Of a DNA stretch of 64,000 bases, positions 39,608 through 51,955 are shown in pieces (position 1 is the first letter of the stretch; each line of letters opens with the position of its first letter). Under the pieces are notes generated by a model, which saw only the letters and a list, made by a program, of their open reading frames with translations, made no database searches and was not told the DNA's origin. The translations under genes were made by a program, and so were the position numbers. The stretch is from the NCBI RefSeq assembly GCF_009834535.1, contig NC_045697.1:24182001-24246000 (forward strand), in the 5' to 3' direction. This stretch comes from Camelus ferus (Eukaryota).

Positions 39608-41716
39608 CTAATTTCAAGGGACTTCAGTGCTAGAGAAGTAGGACATGTAATCAGACTATGTCTAAATGAACATCTCTATCAGTAAGGACTAGCAATCAGT
39701 CAAAATAGAATTTGAGCTGGACCCTGAGGCAATGTAGAATTGAATTCCTTTGAGTAGAGGTGGGTGAATATTACAGGTGTGGAAAACAAGGGGCACACAG
39801 AGGGAATTCAGAATGGCAGCTTTGAAGACTAAAGAGAAAACACTAGGTAAAGCAGAGGGCTCCCTTTGAGAAGTTGCCAAACCAATAGAATAAAAACTTG
39901 TTTAGAGTTTCAAAGTTGGCATTTGAATACCAAGAAAGACCGTAGCCAAAAACATGTCTACCTATAAATCATTGGCTTGTTATAAACATAGGCAGTGATG
40001 CAGATCTTTAGGTTTGTAATAAAAAATAAAATTAGATATAAAATATATCCAAATACATCTAAATATATTGTCTCTGATGGTATTGTAGGTGTTTGTGTAG
40101 GAACAGGTTGTACATCAGAGAGGAAAAAGAGAAAGAGAGAGAGAGGGATTCTAATTCAAATCTCTTAGTTTTCACAAAAGAGAAACATCTCAAAGAAAAG
40201 GAAGAGTATGAAGAGGATATTGATCAACTAAAGAAACACATTATGTACTTTAATTATTTCTCTTATTCTAGAGTTTCATTAATCCTATAATGTAAATGCA
40301 TTATTTAGTTTGTATTGATGAGGAAAACAAAACACAGAAAGATTAACTAACTTGCTAAAGTTCATGTAGCTGCTAAGTGGAATAGTCACTTTTTCCAAGG
40401 TCAAACATTGATTAAGATGCTTAATTAGATTCTCTTGTTGGAAATTATGAAGGACGTTCACATTTAGTCCCATAACCTTGTGCCAAACCAGGACTCAGAA
40501 ATAAGATTGTAATATGACTTTGTGTGTTGTCTAATCCCCTTTGCTTCAAGTGTTCCTCAGTGTAAAATATGGAGATAATTAAGGCTAATGTTGGAATATA
40601 AAATTTCTAGATCAATTAGTAAAATAATTAGGCATGAATTAAAAACAAACAATTGTGTATGTTTCAGTAAAAATATCCCCTCAATATGTTCCAAATATCA
40701 GGTGCTGTTTTATCCACAGGTTAAGCAAAAACCCTGATTTCCTCTTGTTTCACTTAACCTGAGCTTATTTTACTATAGGCTTATGTGAGTTATTATTCAC
40801 TGTGATGTTTAATTAATTTCAGACTCTTCTCCACTGATATTTCTTTATGGTGTCACTTGAAGGACACCATGAGATTTTGATTTTAATTAAGTCATGATTC
40901 TGTTGCAGTCTTAAACTTGGATATTCCCATTCAATTAATCTTGATCTTGTCCCCTAGACGAAATAAGTATATTATTTTTTAAAAGTTGCAAGTCTCACAG
41001 GATCTCCTGTGGGAATACTGTATATAGAAATCATGTTTATGATTAATTTCTTTTGCATTACATTGAATGTTTTTTCTTTCATTGGAATGCCTATGCCAAA
41101 CTTCCATTCAGTGAAATAAAGAATATGACTGGCTTATTAAATGGAATTTTCATTCCTGAACAAAGGCTATGGATTTAATTAAATAAATCCAATATTTAAA
41201 AAAAATTTGTGTATGTGATTATCAGTATTGGTGTTGATTATTTATGCTAGAATAGATGATAATTTGAAAACCAAAATGTTATAAATGTACTGTATTCTCC
41301 ATTTGCTGATACATTACTAAAAGCCATTTAGAAAAAATAGCATAGGTATATATATAGATCGACTAATTGCAAAATAACACTTCTTTCTGGACCTGTTTCT
41401 TTTAACTGCTTTTGTTAGGTGGGAGCCTGACAGGTAATAGCTGGCATCACTCATTCTGTTCAAGAATAGAAAGATAATCATATGAACCAGTGACACTGTT
41501 CCTCAGTGAATAACGAAGTAATTCATTGGGACTAAATTTATATGGACATATTTTTATAATTGTGTTGAATTTACTAGTTGGCAAATTGCATATGGATAGT
41601 AAGCATGTCTGTGCTGTTCACCTATATCTCCATGTGCTTAATACTCACCTTTGTATACATTAAATATGAATAAATATTTGTTTATAATTTATAGGAAATA
41701 TTTTCAGAAGTGAATA

Positions 41717-42600
41717 AGTTGGCTTCTGGCAAATTCTGGCCGGGACTTAGCCTCTATAAATACAATGCTTGAAGAAATATATAAGACAACAGTTTTTAGT
41801 CATTGGACAAAGGCAGTGTAAGACTATGATCCCTGAAAGAAAGAAATCTTATGAACTAAAACCTACCTGCCTGCCTCTCTGCCTGGGAATATTTTCCAAC
41901 TTCAGGGCAGAGAGCTGGAGTCCAAGAGAGCAAGATGGGTCCACTGACCAAAGGAGGCAGAGATCGGCATTCATGGCTGAGAAGTATGACATGGGAGAGA
42001 ATGGTGGTAGTACAAAGAATTCAGTGCGAGTTGGGAGATGATCTGTATCATTTCTTCCCTAAAGGCTGGACTTAGTGTTTGTTAAGTCTTAGCAAAGAGT
42101 GGCTGCTATGAGACTGAGACAGAGAAATCCTAAATGTTGAGCATATCTAGAAGGAACTGGAATTCCAGGTCGGCTAGAGAACAGAGACCTTGTTAACACC
42201 CTTGGGATTCAGCTGGAACATGAAATCCATGTCTTAGGAGGAAGACCCACACCCTAGAGAAGGACTACTTTTAGACCTGCTCCAACAAAGCCCAAGCCAA
42301 GCCTTTACAAGATGTGTAAGCAAGATAGAATTTGGAACCTTTAGGATAACTCCAGGATCCAAAGTTTATACAGTTGTGGTATACAAGTAAAACTACTACA
42401 TAGGCGTGAAACTAGAAACTATGTACAATAGTCTCAACCCAAAACAAAACAAAATCTTTTCTAATATGTTATCTGACCACAGTGTAAAGTAGAAATAGAT
42501 ATCAAAAAGGACCTGGACAACTAATTTTTAAAAGGATAATACATTATGGCCAAGTGGTTTATCCTATGAAAAAAGTTTGTTTCAATTGAAGCAGTAATAT
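41717..42600 (+). mobile_element. Ancient L1 5' region plus ORF2 remnants
   Basis: 'aatatataagacaacagtttttagtcattggacaaaggcagtgtaagactatgatccctgaaaga' and 'tctgaccacagtg...tggccaagtggtttatcc'. Confidence 0.55.
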
Positions 42601-43033
42601 TTATCAGTTTATGACCATGGCATATTATTTTGTCATAACCTTAAAGTTGATTTTTCCAGATTAGTTTTGAGTTTGAACAAATTTTCACACTTTGGCTTAA
42701 TTTTGTAGACATTTTCATAATCTGAAAAATAATCATTTGTTAATTTTACTTGCATATTTTATTTCAGCTCATTTAAGGCTTTTATTTATGTTTCTAAATG
42801 GTGGCTTTTGACATACAGATGTTACTTTTTTTTAAATAGAATTGTGATGATCAATATCTAGTGTTTTGGATTATATTTTCTGTGCCCTGTTTAAGAAACT
42901 CTCTTCTGCCCAGATGTCATCAAGATCTTTTATGATAAATAAATTCAAAAATTTTGCTTTTCACAAAAAGTTTTTAATTTACTGACTGACTCATTGCTTT
43001 TCTAATTACTTGTAATGCCTTTTTATCATATAC

Positions 43034-43425
43034 TATATTAGTTTCCTATTGCTTCTGTAACAAATTACCATATACTTAGTCACTTAGAACAGTACAATTT
43101 ATTGTCTTATAGTTCTGGAGTTCAGGAGTCCAAAATAGGTCTCAGTGGGCTAAAAAGTCAGTATGTCAGCAGAGCTGTGTTCCTTCTGGAGACTCTGGGG
43201 AGAATCTATTTCCTTCTCTTTTCCAGGTTCTAGAGGCTGCCTGTATCCCTTGGCTTGTAGCCTCCTTCCAGCCAGCAGTTGTGTCCTTTGGGCCTCTGCT
43301 TCCATCATCACATCTCCTACTCTAACTCTTCTGTCTCCCTCTTTCACTTATAAGAACCCTTGTGGTTATATTGGGTGAACCCAGATAGTAGGGGACAATC
43401 TCCCCATCTCATGATCATTAACTGC
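43034..43425 (-). mobile_element. MaLR LTR (MLT1C/D-like), truncated
   Basis: 'tattagtttcctattgcttctgtaacaaattacca...agttctggagttcaggagtccaaaatagg...tataagaacccttgtggttatattggg'. Confidence 0.85.
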
Positions 43426-43519
43426 TTAAAATTTTCCTTTTATATATTTATTTTTATTTTTTATTATTTTTAATGTTACTATTTTATGACTTTTTAATGG
43501 TTTTTATGTTTATACACTT

Positions 43520-44190
43520 TTTGCATAATTACAGTTTCAGTGTGTATTTGTTGAGTATATTGAACACAAATATTTCAGACTTTTTCTTGGTGCTACCAAA
43601 TAGCAATAATAAAACAGCTTTTTTTTTTTTTAAAGCGCTCTGCCTTATTAAATTTAGATTCCAGGAGGCAGACAATGAGTAAAATAAGTAAGATAGTGCT
43701 ACATATTTAGAGAAAATTTAATCTCAAAAGAAAAGCAGAGAGTTGAGAGTTGGGTTACAGTTTTGGATTGGGTAGCAACAAAATCCTCACATAGAAGGGG
43801 ACATTTGAGTAAACACTTGAAGGAATTAAGAGAGATTCCATCCCCTAAGAGTAGAAGGAACAGCAAGGAGGCTAGTGTGGCTTGAGGGATGCAAGTAAAG
43901 GGAAGACAGACAGGAGATGAAACCTGGGAGACAGAGAGGTGGGACATATCATGTCGAACATTTTGAGCCAGTGCAAAGTTTTGGGGTTTTGTTGTTTGTG
44001 AACTAGAAAATTAATGAGAGGCTCTGAGCAATGGTGTTAAATGAATTTTAGCCAGTTTCCTTTACCTGTTATGGTGAGATAAGTTCAGAGCGGACACTGG
44101 TGGAAGTAGTAGCATGATTTAGTTTTTGTTTCTAAAACTGATATAGAAGATGGCAGTTGCTTAGAATGAATTGTACTAGTGAAGGTGATA
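43520..44190 (-). mobile_element. L2 LINE fragment
   Basis: 'gacatttgagtaaacacttgaagg' and 'aggaacagcaaggaggctagtgtggcttgag'. Confidence 0.7.
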
Positions 44191-44300
44191 TGACATAATT
44201 TATAGTCATTTTTATACTGTTCCATTATCTTATGACATAATTTATGATCATTTTATATTGACATAATTTATAGTCATTTTTATATTGTTCCATTATCTTA
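44191..44300 (+). repeat. Local complex tandem duplication (42 bp, 26-bp partial, 42 bp)
   Basis: tgacataatttatagtcatttttataYtgttccattatctta at 44191-44232 and 44259-44300, with a partial copy between them. Confidence 0.9.
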
Positions 44301-46369
44301 TGTTTTTGAGAATCACAGTGCTAAGTTTTGTATTCATTGCTCTTACTGATTCTGGCTCATATTGGTTTTTAAGTTTTTAATGTGAATTCATTTTTAAGAG
44401 AGATTTCTTTTCCATCAGGGAACAAAATGTGGCTCAGGTTGTGGATATGTCCTTTCACAGATTTTGTTGTTTTGTTTCATTTTATTTATTCAGCCAAATG
44501 CCTGAAAGATATCACTGTCAGGTTGAATTTTATGTTAATTTTTCCTTGGTATTTTTCTCCATCAAAATGGTTTGTAACTTAGACTTAAACCTCATACTTA
44601 GCGAAAAAAAAGTTTTTGTTTCTCTGTTTCTCACAACAGATTTTTATTTGTACATCCAGAATTTGAGCAGAGACAAATGTTGTGCCATCTCCCTGAACCA
44701 ACAAGTAAACGTCTGCCAATTCTCCTTTTCTCGAAGGTACAATATTTCAGAAGTCCCACTTCTGTGCCAAGGTCTTGATTTCCACTATCCATCACAGTCA
44801 CAAGGTCTGATCTGTTTCCTTAGAGATTAAATTTAGATCCATCCCACTCTCCCCTCCCCTCTCCCACACTGACCAGTGGCCCTGCATTGTCAGCCCGTAA
44901 GCTCACAGATCTGTTGTTGTGTTCATTCTTCTTTTATGAAACCTAGGGATTTCTTTTTCTACAATCACTTTTTGGTAGATCGCTTAAACAGTTTTGATAT
45001 GCTATATTTTTACTAGATTTTCCAATGTTTCTATGGAAGGGTTTTAAAATATGCTTATATTAGAGTGTCATCAGAGAGTACTTTAATTTTTTATACTTCT
45101 ATTTTTGAATACAATATAACTACAGTAAAATTAATGTTGTTCCTGTTTGTATGCCTTGATCATTAAATACACATGTGCATATTGACATACATAAATTACT
45201 CCAGACAAACAGAATACCTGCATGAAGAATTCTGCATGGTAGCCAATAATAATCCTGACCTCAAAAAAGGACTCCAAGCCAATGGCACCAACCAAAGATC
45301 CTTGCAAAACAATGAGATAGAGAGAAAACTACTAAATTCTTATACTATGCACATATTCTTGTCCTTTATGATAAAAACAAAAATGAATGAATGAATATGT
45401 GTATACATTTTACTTGGTACATTTATTTTAAAAAGGAATGTTTACGTAGAAGCAAGTTGCATGGCAGAAAGGTTTGGGGAGAGATACTCCTTCATATTAT
45501 TAAGATGATTCAGCCGATGTTTTTATTGCCTTTGCCTGAAGCAAAGTAAGATGTAAATGCTGAAAAATGTTGTCAATAACAAAATGCTATCAGCAGAATC
45601 AGGTTTTGGAGAAAGGTAGATAAAAAGTGAGGTAAAGTCATTTGCACAAAATGAAACAAGTTAAATAATGCTCTAATCTGAAAACTCCTGAAATAATAAC
45701 TCTGTGAAGACCAGAATGTTCGTTATGTCTCCACCCTATCACTAAGATGAGTGTCTGGATAACATTAGACATTCAATAAATATTTGATAATGAATGGATT
45801 CTTGTATTATTTAGAAGGCATAGGATTGTGGGTGTTAATCGTGTCTTGAAAGTTAAAAATAAATGCACTTTAAGTTGTCTTCTATACTCAGAAACTTATA
45901 ACTATTAAAAAGTAAATGGCAGAGAATAAGGAATATAATATAATGTTCACAGTTACCAGCTTCTTTGTACCTACATATGGATACTTAATTTACATAGTAA
46001 CACTCTTAACATTTACATTTTGGCCGAGGACAATTATAACAAATCAGTTCATATTTGAAAATAAATTATAGGAAAAAAGCATTAAATATTTACTTTCATT
46101 GAAATTTTCAGATGAAATGACGCTAAGCTAGAAATTTCAGGAAAACAATTCTTTAAGTCCATTCTCTCTCCCCTCTCAGCTTTTTCTTGAAAATCTACGT
46201 GATCATAATAGCACATAAACTAAGATTCACAAACTATTGAATTGGTTTGAGAATTTTTAGTTCTGTCATTTATAGGAAGACTAGTGGGAACTCTGCCTTG
46301 CATATTTTAGAAGGTAAACTCTTATGCATAGTCCTCTTTTAGCTTATTAGGAAGTAGCATAAGGCATTG

Positions 46370-46570
46370 ATCTAGTAGTGTCTGGGTGAATGTTTAACTG
46401 GCTTTCCAGAAATACCAAGCCCTCTTGTATGGTGTTTGCCTTTTTCCACATCGTAAATGTTCCCACAGTGTTCCCTTTCGAGACCAGTGTGTCATCCATG
46501 AACACGGAGTTGGAAAGAGTTGTGCTCAACAGGCTCTTGAAGCCTGTGTGAGCTGTCACCATCTCACCAA
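46370..46570. mobile_element. hAT-type non-autonomous DNA transposon (MER63-like)
   Basis: 'tagtagtgtctgggtgaatgtttaactggctttcc...gtaaatgttcccac...gaagcctgtgtgagctgtcaccatctcacca' resembles MER63 ends. Confidence 0.55.
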
Positions 46571-47093
46571 TATTGCTCTAGACAAGTGGTCAGGAGCAGA
46601 GGCAGGAAGAATGCAAAGAGCAGTGCATGCAAATTTTTAAAAAGTGACTTTTCACTTACTACATCTGAGCTAAATGTCATTTCAAGGCAACAGACATAGA
46701 TGAAATTTATTTTTCTACTATCAAAATAGTAGATCTTCATGAGAAGAATGTCTGACAGTCACTGAAAATTGCGAGTGAAGCTCTAGAAATTGCTTTACTC
46801 ACTAGCAGGGTATGTGAAAGGGAAAATGCTGGAACCAAATGCATCATGAACAGACATAAGAAATTTTCATCTTGTCTCTTATAAAAGTATCACATTTAGA
46901 GAAAACTCTTCAATAAATGGTAAGCAAACAAATAAATAGGACAAGGGATATGTGAAATTTACTAAACACAGAAAAAAATAAAAGAATACCTAAAAGAGAG
47001 TATGTCTGATTATGATTGGAAATATAAAAGAAAAAGATATTACTGGACCTCTTAGCAATGATTGTAACTCATAAATTCAATTAAAATTTATTT

Positions 47094-47242
47094 GGGGGGA
47101 GAGTATAGCTCATTGGTAGAGCGCATGCTTAGCATGCATGAGGACCAGGATTCAATCCCCAGTACGACCATTAAGCAAACAAACTTAATTACCTGCCCCC
47201 CAAATACACACATAAGTAAATAAATATAAATAAAGGATTGTT
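47094..47242 (+). mobile_element. Camelid tRNA-derived SINE (Vic-1 type)
   Basis: tRNA-like head 'ggggggagagtatagctcattggtagagcgcatgcttagcatgcatgagg..ggattcaatccccagtac' with Pol III A/B boxes and an AT-rich tail. Imperfect TSD aattaaaatttattt / aattaaaattcaatt. Confidence 0.9.
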
Positions 47243-47779
47243 AATTAAAATTCAATTGTAGGAAATATTCCTGAAATAAAATAGATGTGCAATTAAAACA
47301 GATTAATTGAAAATATCATGGTCTTCACATTTCTGTTTTAAAACATAAAATAGTCAAAATTTTATTTAATATAATAAATATTTGTTATGGAAAGTTTTTA
47401 ATAACACAGGTATAAAGAAAGATCATTTTTTAAAAATTTTACCACTCAAGAGAAAACTGCTATTGACATTTTGCCTCTGTATTTTCTGTTGTTTTCCATA
47501 TAAGGGGCTTAAAGGAGGGCTTTGTGATCATATAGAATTCAACTAGAAACACAGTCTACCACTTGTTACCTGTGTAACTTTGTTTAGTTACTTAACTCTC
47601 CATGTCTCACTTCTACACAAAATAGAAATAATAATACCTACCTCATGGTAATAATAAAATATATAATAAAGCATGATTCAATATTCTTCTTATAATCCTT
47701 TTGAAATCTGTTCCTCATAATAGTGCATAATAGTAATCTGGTCAAGGTTAAAATTTTGAATTTTAATGAACATATTCCT

Positions 47780-48230
47780 TCATAAGGCTAAATGTTCTAC
47801 TTTTAAAAAATCGTAACTGTTAAAAACACTTTCCTTATTCTAAGCCAAATTCATCTTTTGGGGGGATAACTTTCAATGGTTGTTCTTAGTGTGTTACTTA
47901 GAAGTAACAGGGTGGGTTCACTGTCCCTTTTGTGAGGTAACCATTCAAATATTTCAATGCTTTTATTAATGCTGATTAAGTGTGGTCTTTTTCAAGGTGA
48001 ATAATCCCAATCTCTCAGTCATTTTTTTTATGTCCTGTCTTCTAGACACTTCACCATCTTTTCATTTTTTCTCCAGACACATTCAAATTTTGTCAATGTG
48101 TTTCTTAAAATTTGTATCCAAAAAGTCAAACATAATATATCACATACTGTCTGACCATCAGAAAGATTGTCAAGACTGGTACTTCCTCAATAAGATTACT
48201 AAAATTCTCTTAATTTAACTTTAGAAAATG
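47780..48230 (-). mobile_element. L3/CR1 LINE remnant
   Basis: 'ctttttcaaggtgaataatcccaatctctcagtc...ctccagacacattcaaattttgtcaatgtgtttcttaaaatttgtatcca...tctgacca'. Confidence 0.6.
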
Positions 48231-49357
48231 TCCACACAGTTTACCATTTCTGTGCCACTGAATTATAAATATTAGATGAGGAAGTTTACAGCTGGCTGTA
48301 TGCAGGAGGGCAAGTTATTAACTGCTTATGCAGGAGAGAAGTATGGGACTTTGAATGGGAGCACAGCTGGGCAGGTGAGTGAGGGTTGTTGAATTGTCAT
48401 AAAAATGATCACAAGATGACAATAATTGCTTGCTAGCCTCCTAGACCTTATGAATCCTAATAGGAAAATTTAAAGACCATTGGGGATGATTGTACTTTGT
48501 CAGAACAATCAAAGCAATATTCCAGTTTTGAAAGTGCAAAAGAAAGGTGCATCTCATATGTACAGCCTCATTCACCTTGGTTCTTGGGGTCATCTGTGTA
48601 ATCAACTCCTCTGGACTTCAAATATTCTTTCTCTGCTCTGCAAACATCACTTTCCTGTTTGTCAAACTCAGTTGGAACTGTGCAAATACATCCATCTTTA
48701 TTCAATTCAGGAACTTTGTCAATGCCTGACTTCAAACATGGTGACCAGAATTGAACAAAAGATTCTGGATAATTTTATTAGCACAGAGTAAAGTGAAGTG
48801 CAACTCTTACTTTTCATATTTAGGAAAATTCACTTCTCTTAAGTTAGTCTTAGATTTTGTTCTGTTTTTAGAGTGTGTGATTCTCCTGAAATGCTCCATG
48901 TGTTTTTCAGCAAGATCCCATTTATTGCTACCCCTCGAACTGGGCTCTTATTAGTTTTTTGTATTATGTTTTGTCCATTCTCTTCCATTTTTTTCTTTTC
49001 TACCACAAAAACTCAATTTGAAAGCAAGAAGATATTTTGTGGTAAGAAAACAATAAAATAAGGACAAGTAAGTAGGAACATAGACTGATGGGTTAGTTCA
49101 TTTATTAAAGCATGTATTCATTAAGCAACTATTATGTATTTGGAATTGTGTTAGACATTGCAAATACAATGACGCACTGCCCATTTGTGGTTCCAGCCAT
49201 CTTAGGGTTTATGAACTAGTGATTCTCAACAGTGATCGATTCAGTAAGATAATAGCAATGGTTTCCATGGAGATATATAGTTTAAATGAGACTAGAAAAG
49301 AAATACAGACTCAAAACAAATACTGTGGAAATAGAATTGATAAGACTCAGTAACACA

Positions 49358-49475
49358 GGGGGGAGGGTACAGCTCAAGTGTTAGAGCGCATGCTTAGCAT
49401 GCACAAGGTCCTGGGTTCAATCCCCAGTACCTCCTCTAAAAAAATAAATGAACCTAATTACTTCACCCCAAAAAT
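49358..49475 (+). mobile_element. Camelid tRNA-derived SINE (Vic-1 type)
   Basis: 'ggggggagggtacagctcaagtgttagagcgcatgcttagcatgcacaaggtcctgggttcaatccccagtacctcc'. Perfect 15-bp TSD taagactcagtaaca at 49341-49355 and 49476-49490. Confidence 0.93.
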
Positions 49476-49754
49476 TAAGACTCAGTAACAGGACAAATTA
49501 ACACTAAAGTAATACAGTAAAAGAGAAAAAGTCCAAACTCGATTTTTCTTTGGGGAGTTTTTAGATTTCAAAAACTCTGACAGTTTTACCTTGTTTGGTA
49601 TATGGTTTGACTCTGTGATATGTCAGTCATGTGTTAGTTTTAATAATATTAATAGCATTAAATTTTGAAGCCTACTTCAACTTTGAAAGAGTAAGAAGGA
49701 AAAATAATCACATCCAAATTGTTCCATGTCAGTTTGTGTTAACTTCTTTTTATG

Positions 49755-50275
49755 AAAATATATCTACATAAAATTTATTATTTTAATCGATTTTAGGTGC
49801 AATATTCAGTGACATTAATTATATTTACATTGTTGTGCAACTATCACCAAAATGTTTTCATTTTCCTAAACTGAAACTCCGTACTCATTAAACAATAGCT
49901 CCCCATCCCTCCCTTCTCCTAGAACCTGGTAATCACATTCTGCTTTCTGTCTCTGAATGTAACTCTTCCAGGGACCTCATTTAAGTGGAATCATATAATA
50001 TTTGTCCTTTTGGTTCTGGTTTATTTCACTTAGCACAGAAACTTCAAGGTTCATGTTTGGTAGCATGTTTCAGAATTTCATTCTCTTTTAAGTTTGAGTA
50101 ATATTCCATTGTATGTATAAACCACATTTTATTTATCTGTTTATCTACTGATATACATTTGAGTTGTTTTTGTTTTTTGGCTATTGTGAATAACGCTGCT
50201 ATGGATATTGGAATACAAATATCTGTTCAATGCCCTGCCTTCAATTCTTTTGGATATATAGCTAGATGGAATTGG
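49755..50275 (-). mobile_element. Older L1 (L1MB-like) 3' fragment
   Basis: 'tcagtgacattaattatatttacattgttgtgcaactatcacca...aactgaaactccgtactcattaaacaatagctcccc...ggctattgtgaataacgctgctatg'. Confidence 0.85.
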
Positions 50276-50949
50276 AATTCCCAGTCTAAAATCCTCAGCG
50301 GATAAAAATTTATACACCTAATTGCTTTCTGACCATTTCCACTTGAATGTCCAATGGATAGTTTAAATTTCATGTATTCAAAACACTCTTTCCCTCTTCC
50401 AAACCTTGCCCCAGTATAGACTGCTTTAGGGAATGGTCAGGCTGTGAACTCCAGTGATGCAAATATTAGAATCAATCTTAAGTGGTCTGTTTCCTTCAGG
50501 GAGGGTGCTTTTTCATTTTTCAGCAAGTCTCCCCCTAAAATTCATCAGGAATCCATCCCCTTCTGCTCAGATTCATCTGAATCCATACACTTTCTCTATT
50601 TATACTTCTACTACTCTAGCCCAAGTCGCACTAGTCTCTTCTTTCAGTCGGGTTTAGGAAAATGTTCTCCTATTTAATTTCTTTATTTCTGCTCTCCTGT
50701 GCTTATTCGCTCTGGATCCATTCTCCACTCACCATTAATGCTGTTATAACTTTCCTTCACCCTTAAAAAAAAATCCAAAATGTTTCCCATGGCCTCTTAC
50801 GTAAACTGACACTGCCCTCTTCTTCAAGCTCATCTTAAACCACTTTCCCCTTTATTCACTATGCTTTTTCAGACATGCTGACTACAGGGTAATTACCGGA
50901 AACTTTAAAAAAGTGTTAAATTTTATATTCTTATTTTGTTTAGCTATCG

Positions 50950-51955
50950 GCTTTTTTCACCTTCTTTCAGTTTTTGGATATTCACTTTTGTTTGGGTAGC
51001 AACGTGTTCATGGAATAAATCATAATAAGACAAGCCTGTCAATTTCCTTTCTTTTTTTTACATGTAATTCAGTTAGGGTGGGTAACCCAATTTTGGCCAA
51101 TGAGGGACTTTATGGCAGGATTATTTTTTCTCCCTGAGCAAAATAGGAATAAGAAAAAATATTTTTTTCTTCCTGTCTTGAATACCATTACAGAAAGAAA
51201 TAATGTTTTGAAAGGTAGCAGTTATAAGAGTACTAGTGTAAGGACAAAATAATAAATAAACAATAGCAAAAACCGATGCGCTGAAGATGGCAGAAAACAT
51301 CTGGGTCCTTAATGACAATGGTAAGCATCAAAACCAACCTGAAATTTCTTGTAATGGAAAATTAAATATATAGTATTGCTTAAGTTATTGTATCAAATAT
51401 CTATTGGTTAATAATAAACCACCATAAAATTTAGTGGCTTAAATAGCAATTTATTGTTGTGCAAGATTCTACAGGTTGGCTCTGTGGTTCTGTTGATCTG
51501 GACAAGGCTTGACTGATCTTAGCTGGACTCAGTCAAGCATTCATGGTCATTTAACAGGTCAGCTGCAGTTCACCTTGGTTGACCTGGCCCTTAGCTGTGA
51601 CATATGTGCTGAATCAACTAAGTTCCACAAAAATTTTTATCCTCCAATAGGCTAGCTCAGGCTTGTTCTCATGGTAGTAGGATTCCCACGACCATGAGTT
51701 GTAATGTCAAGACCTAGACTCAGAACTGGCACACAATCACTTCCACCATACTCTTCTGGCCAGTGAAAGTCACACAGCCAGTCCAGATTCTTGTGGAGGA
51801 GAAATAGGCTCCACAACTTGATGGAGAGATTTGGAGTATCAGATCACAGCAGATAGAGACAGAAGGGGTGGAGTACTGTGACCACATCTGCAGGTAATTT
51901 ACCAGGGCTGTTGTTGCCTGTGACTTGCCACAGAATGTGTTCTCATGCTAGCAAC
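50950..51955 (+). mobile_element. ERVL LTR (LTR16-like), itself interrupted by an MLT1
   Basis: 'acccaattttggccaatgag', 'gctgaagatggcagaaaacatctgggtccttaatgac' and 'tattgcttaagttattg'. It resumes at ~51905 with 'gtgacttgccacagaatgtgttctca'. Confidence 0.55.
51390..51903 (-). mobile_element. MaLR LTR (MLT1F/H-like)
   Basis: 'aataaaccaccataaaatttagtggcttaaa...cagaactggcacacaatcacttccaccatactcttctggccagtgaaagtcacacagccagtccagattc'. Confidence 0.75.

Noticed and set aside
40717..40761. Inverted repeat caggttaag...cttaacctg
   Set aside because: A 9-bp stem is expected by chance in 64 kb, and there is no TSD or family evidence.
44191..44300. CRISPR-like repeat-spacer array
   Set aside because: There are only two full copies, the intervening piece is itself a partial repeat, the context is mammalian and there are no cas genes.
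44429..44830. Longest ORF in the track (133 aa)
   Set aside because: The composition is F/L/S-rich and low in information, typical of T-rich non-coding or antisense old-L1 DNA, with no recognisable domain.
47094..47170. tRNA gene (also 49358-49432)
   Set aside because: The tRNA-like heads are followed by SINE body, A-rich tails and TSDs, so these are SINEs rather than tRNA genes.
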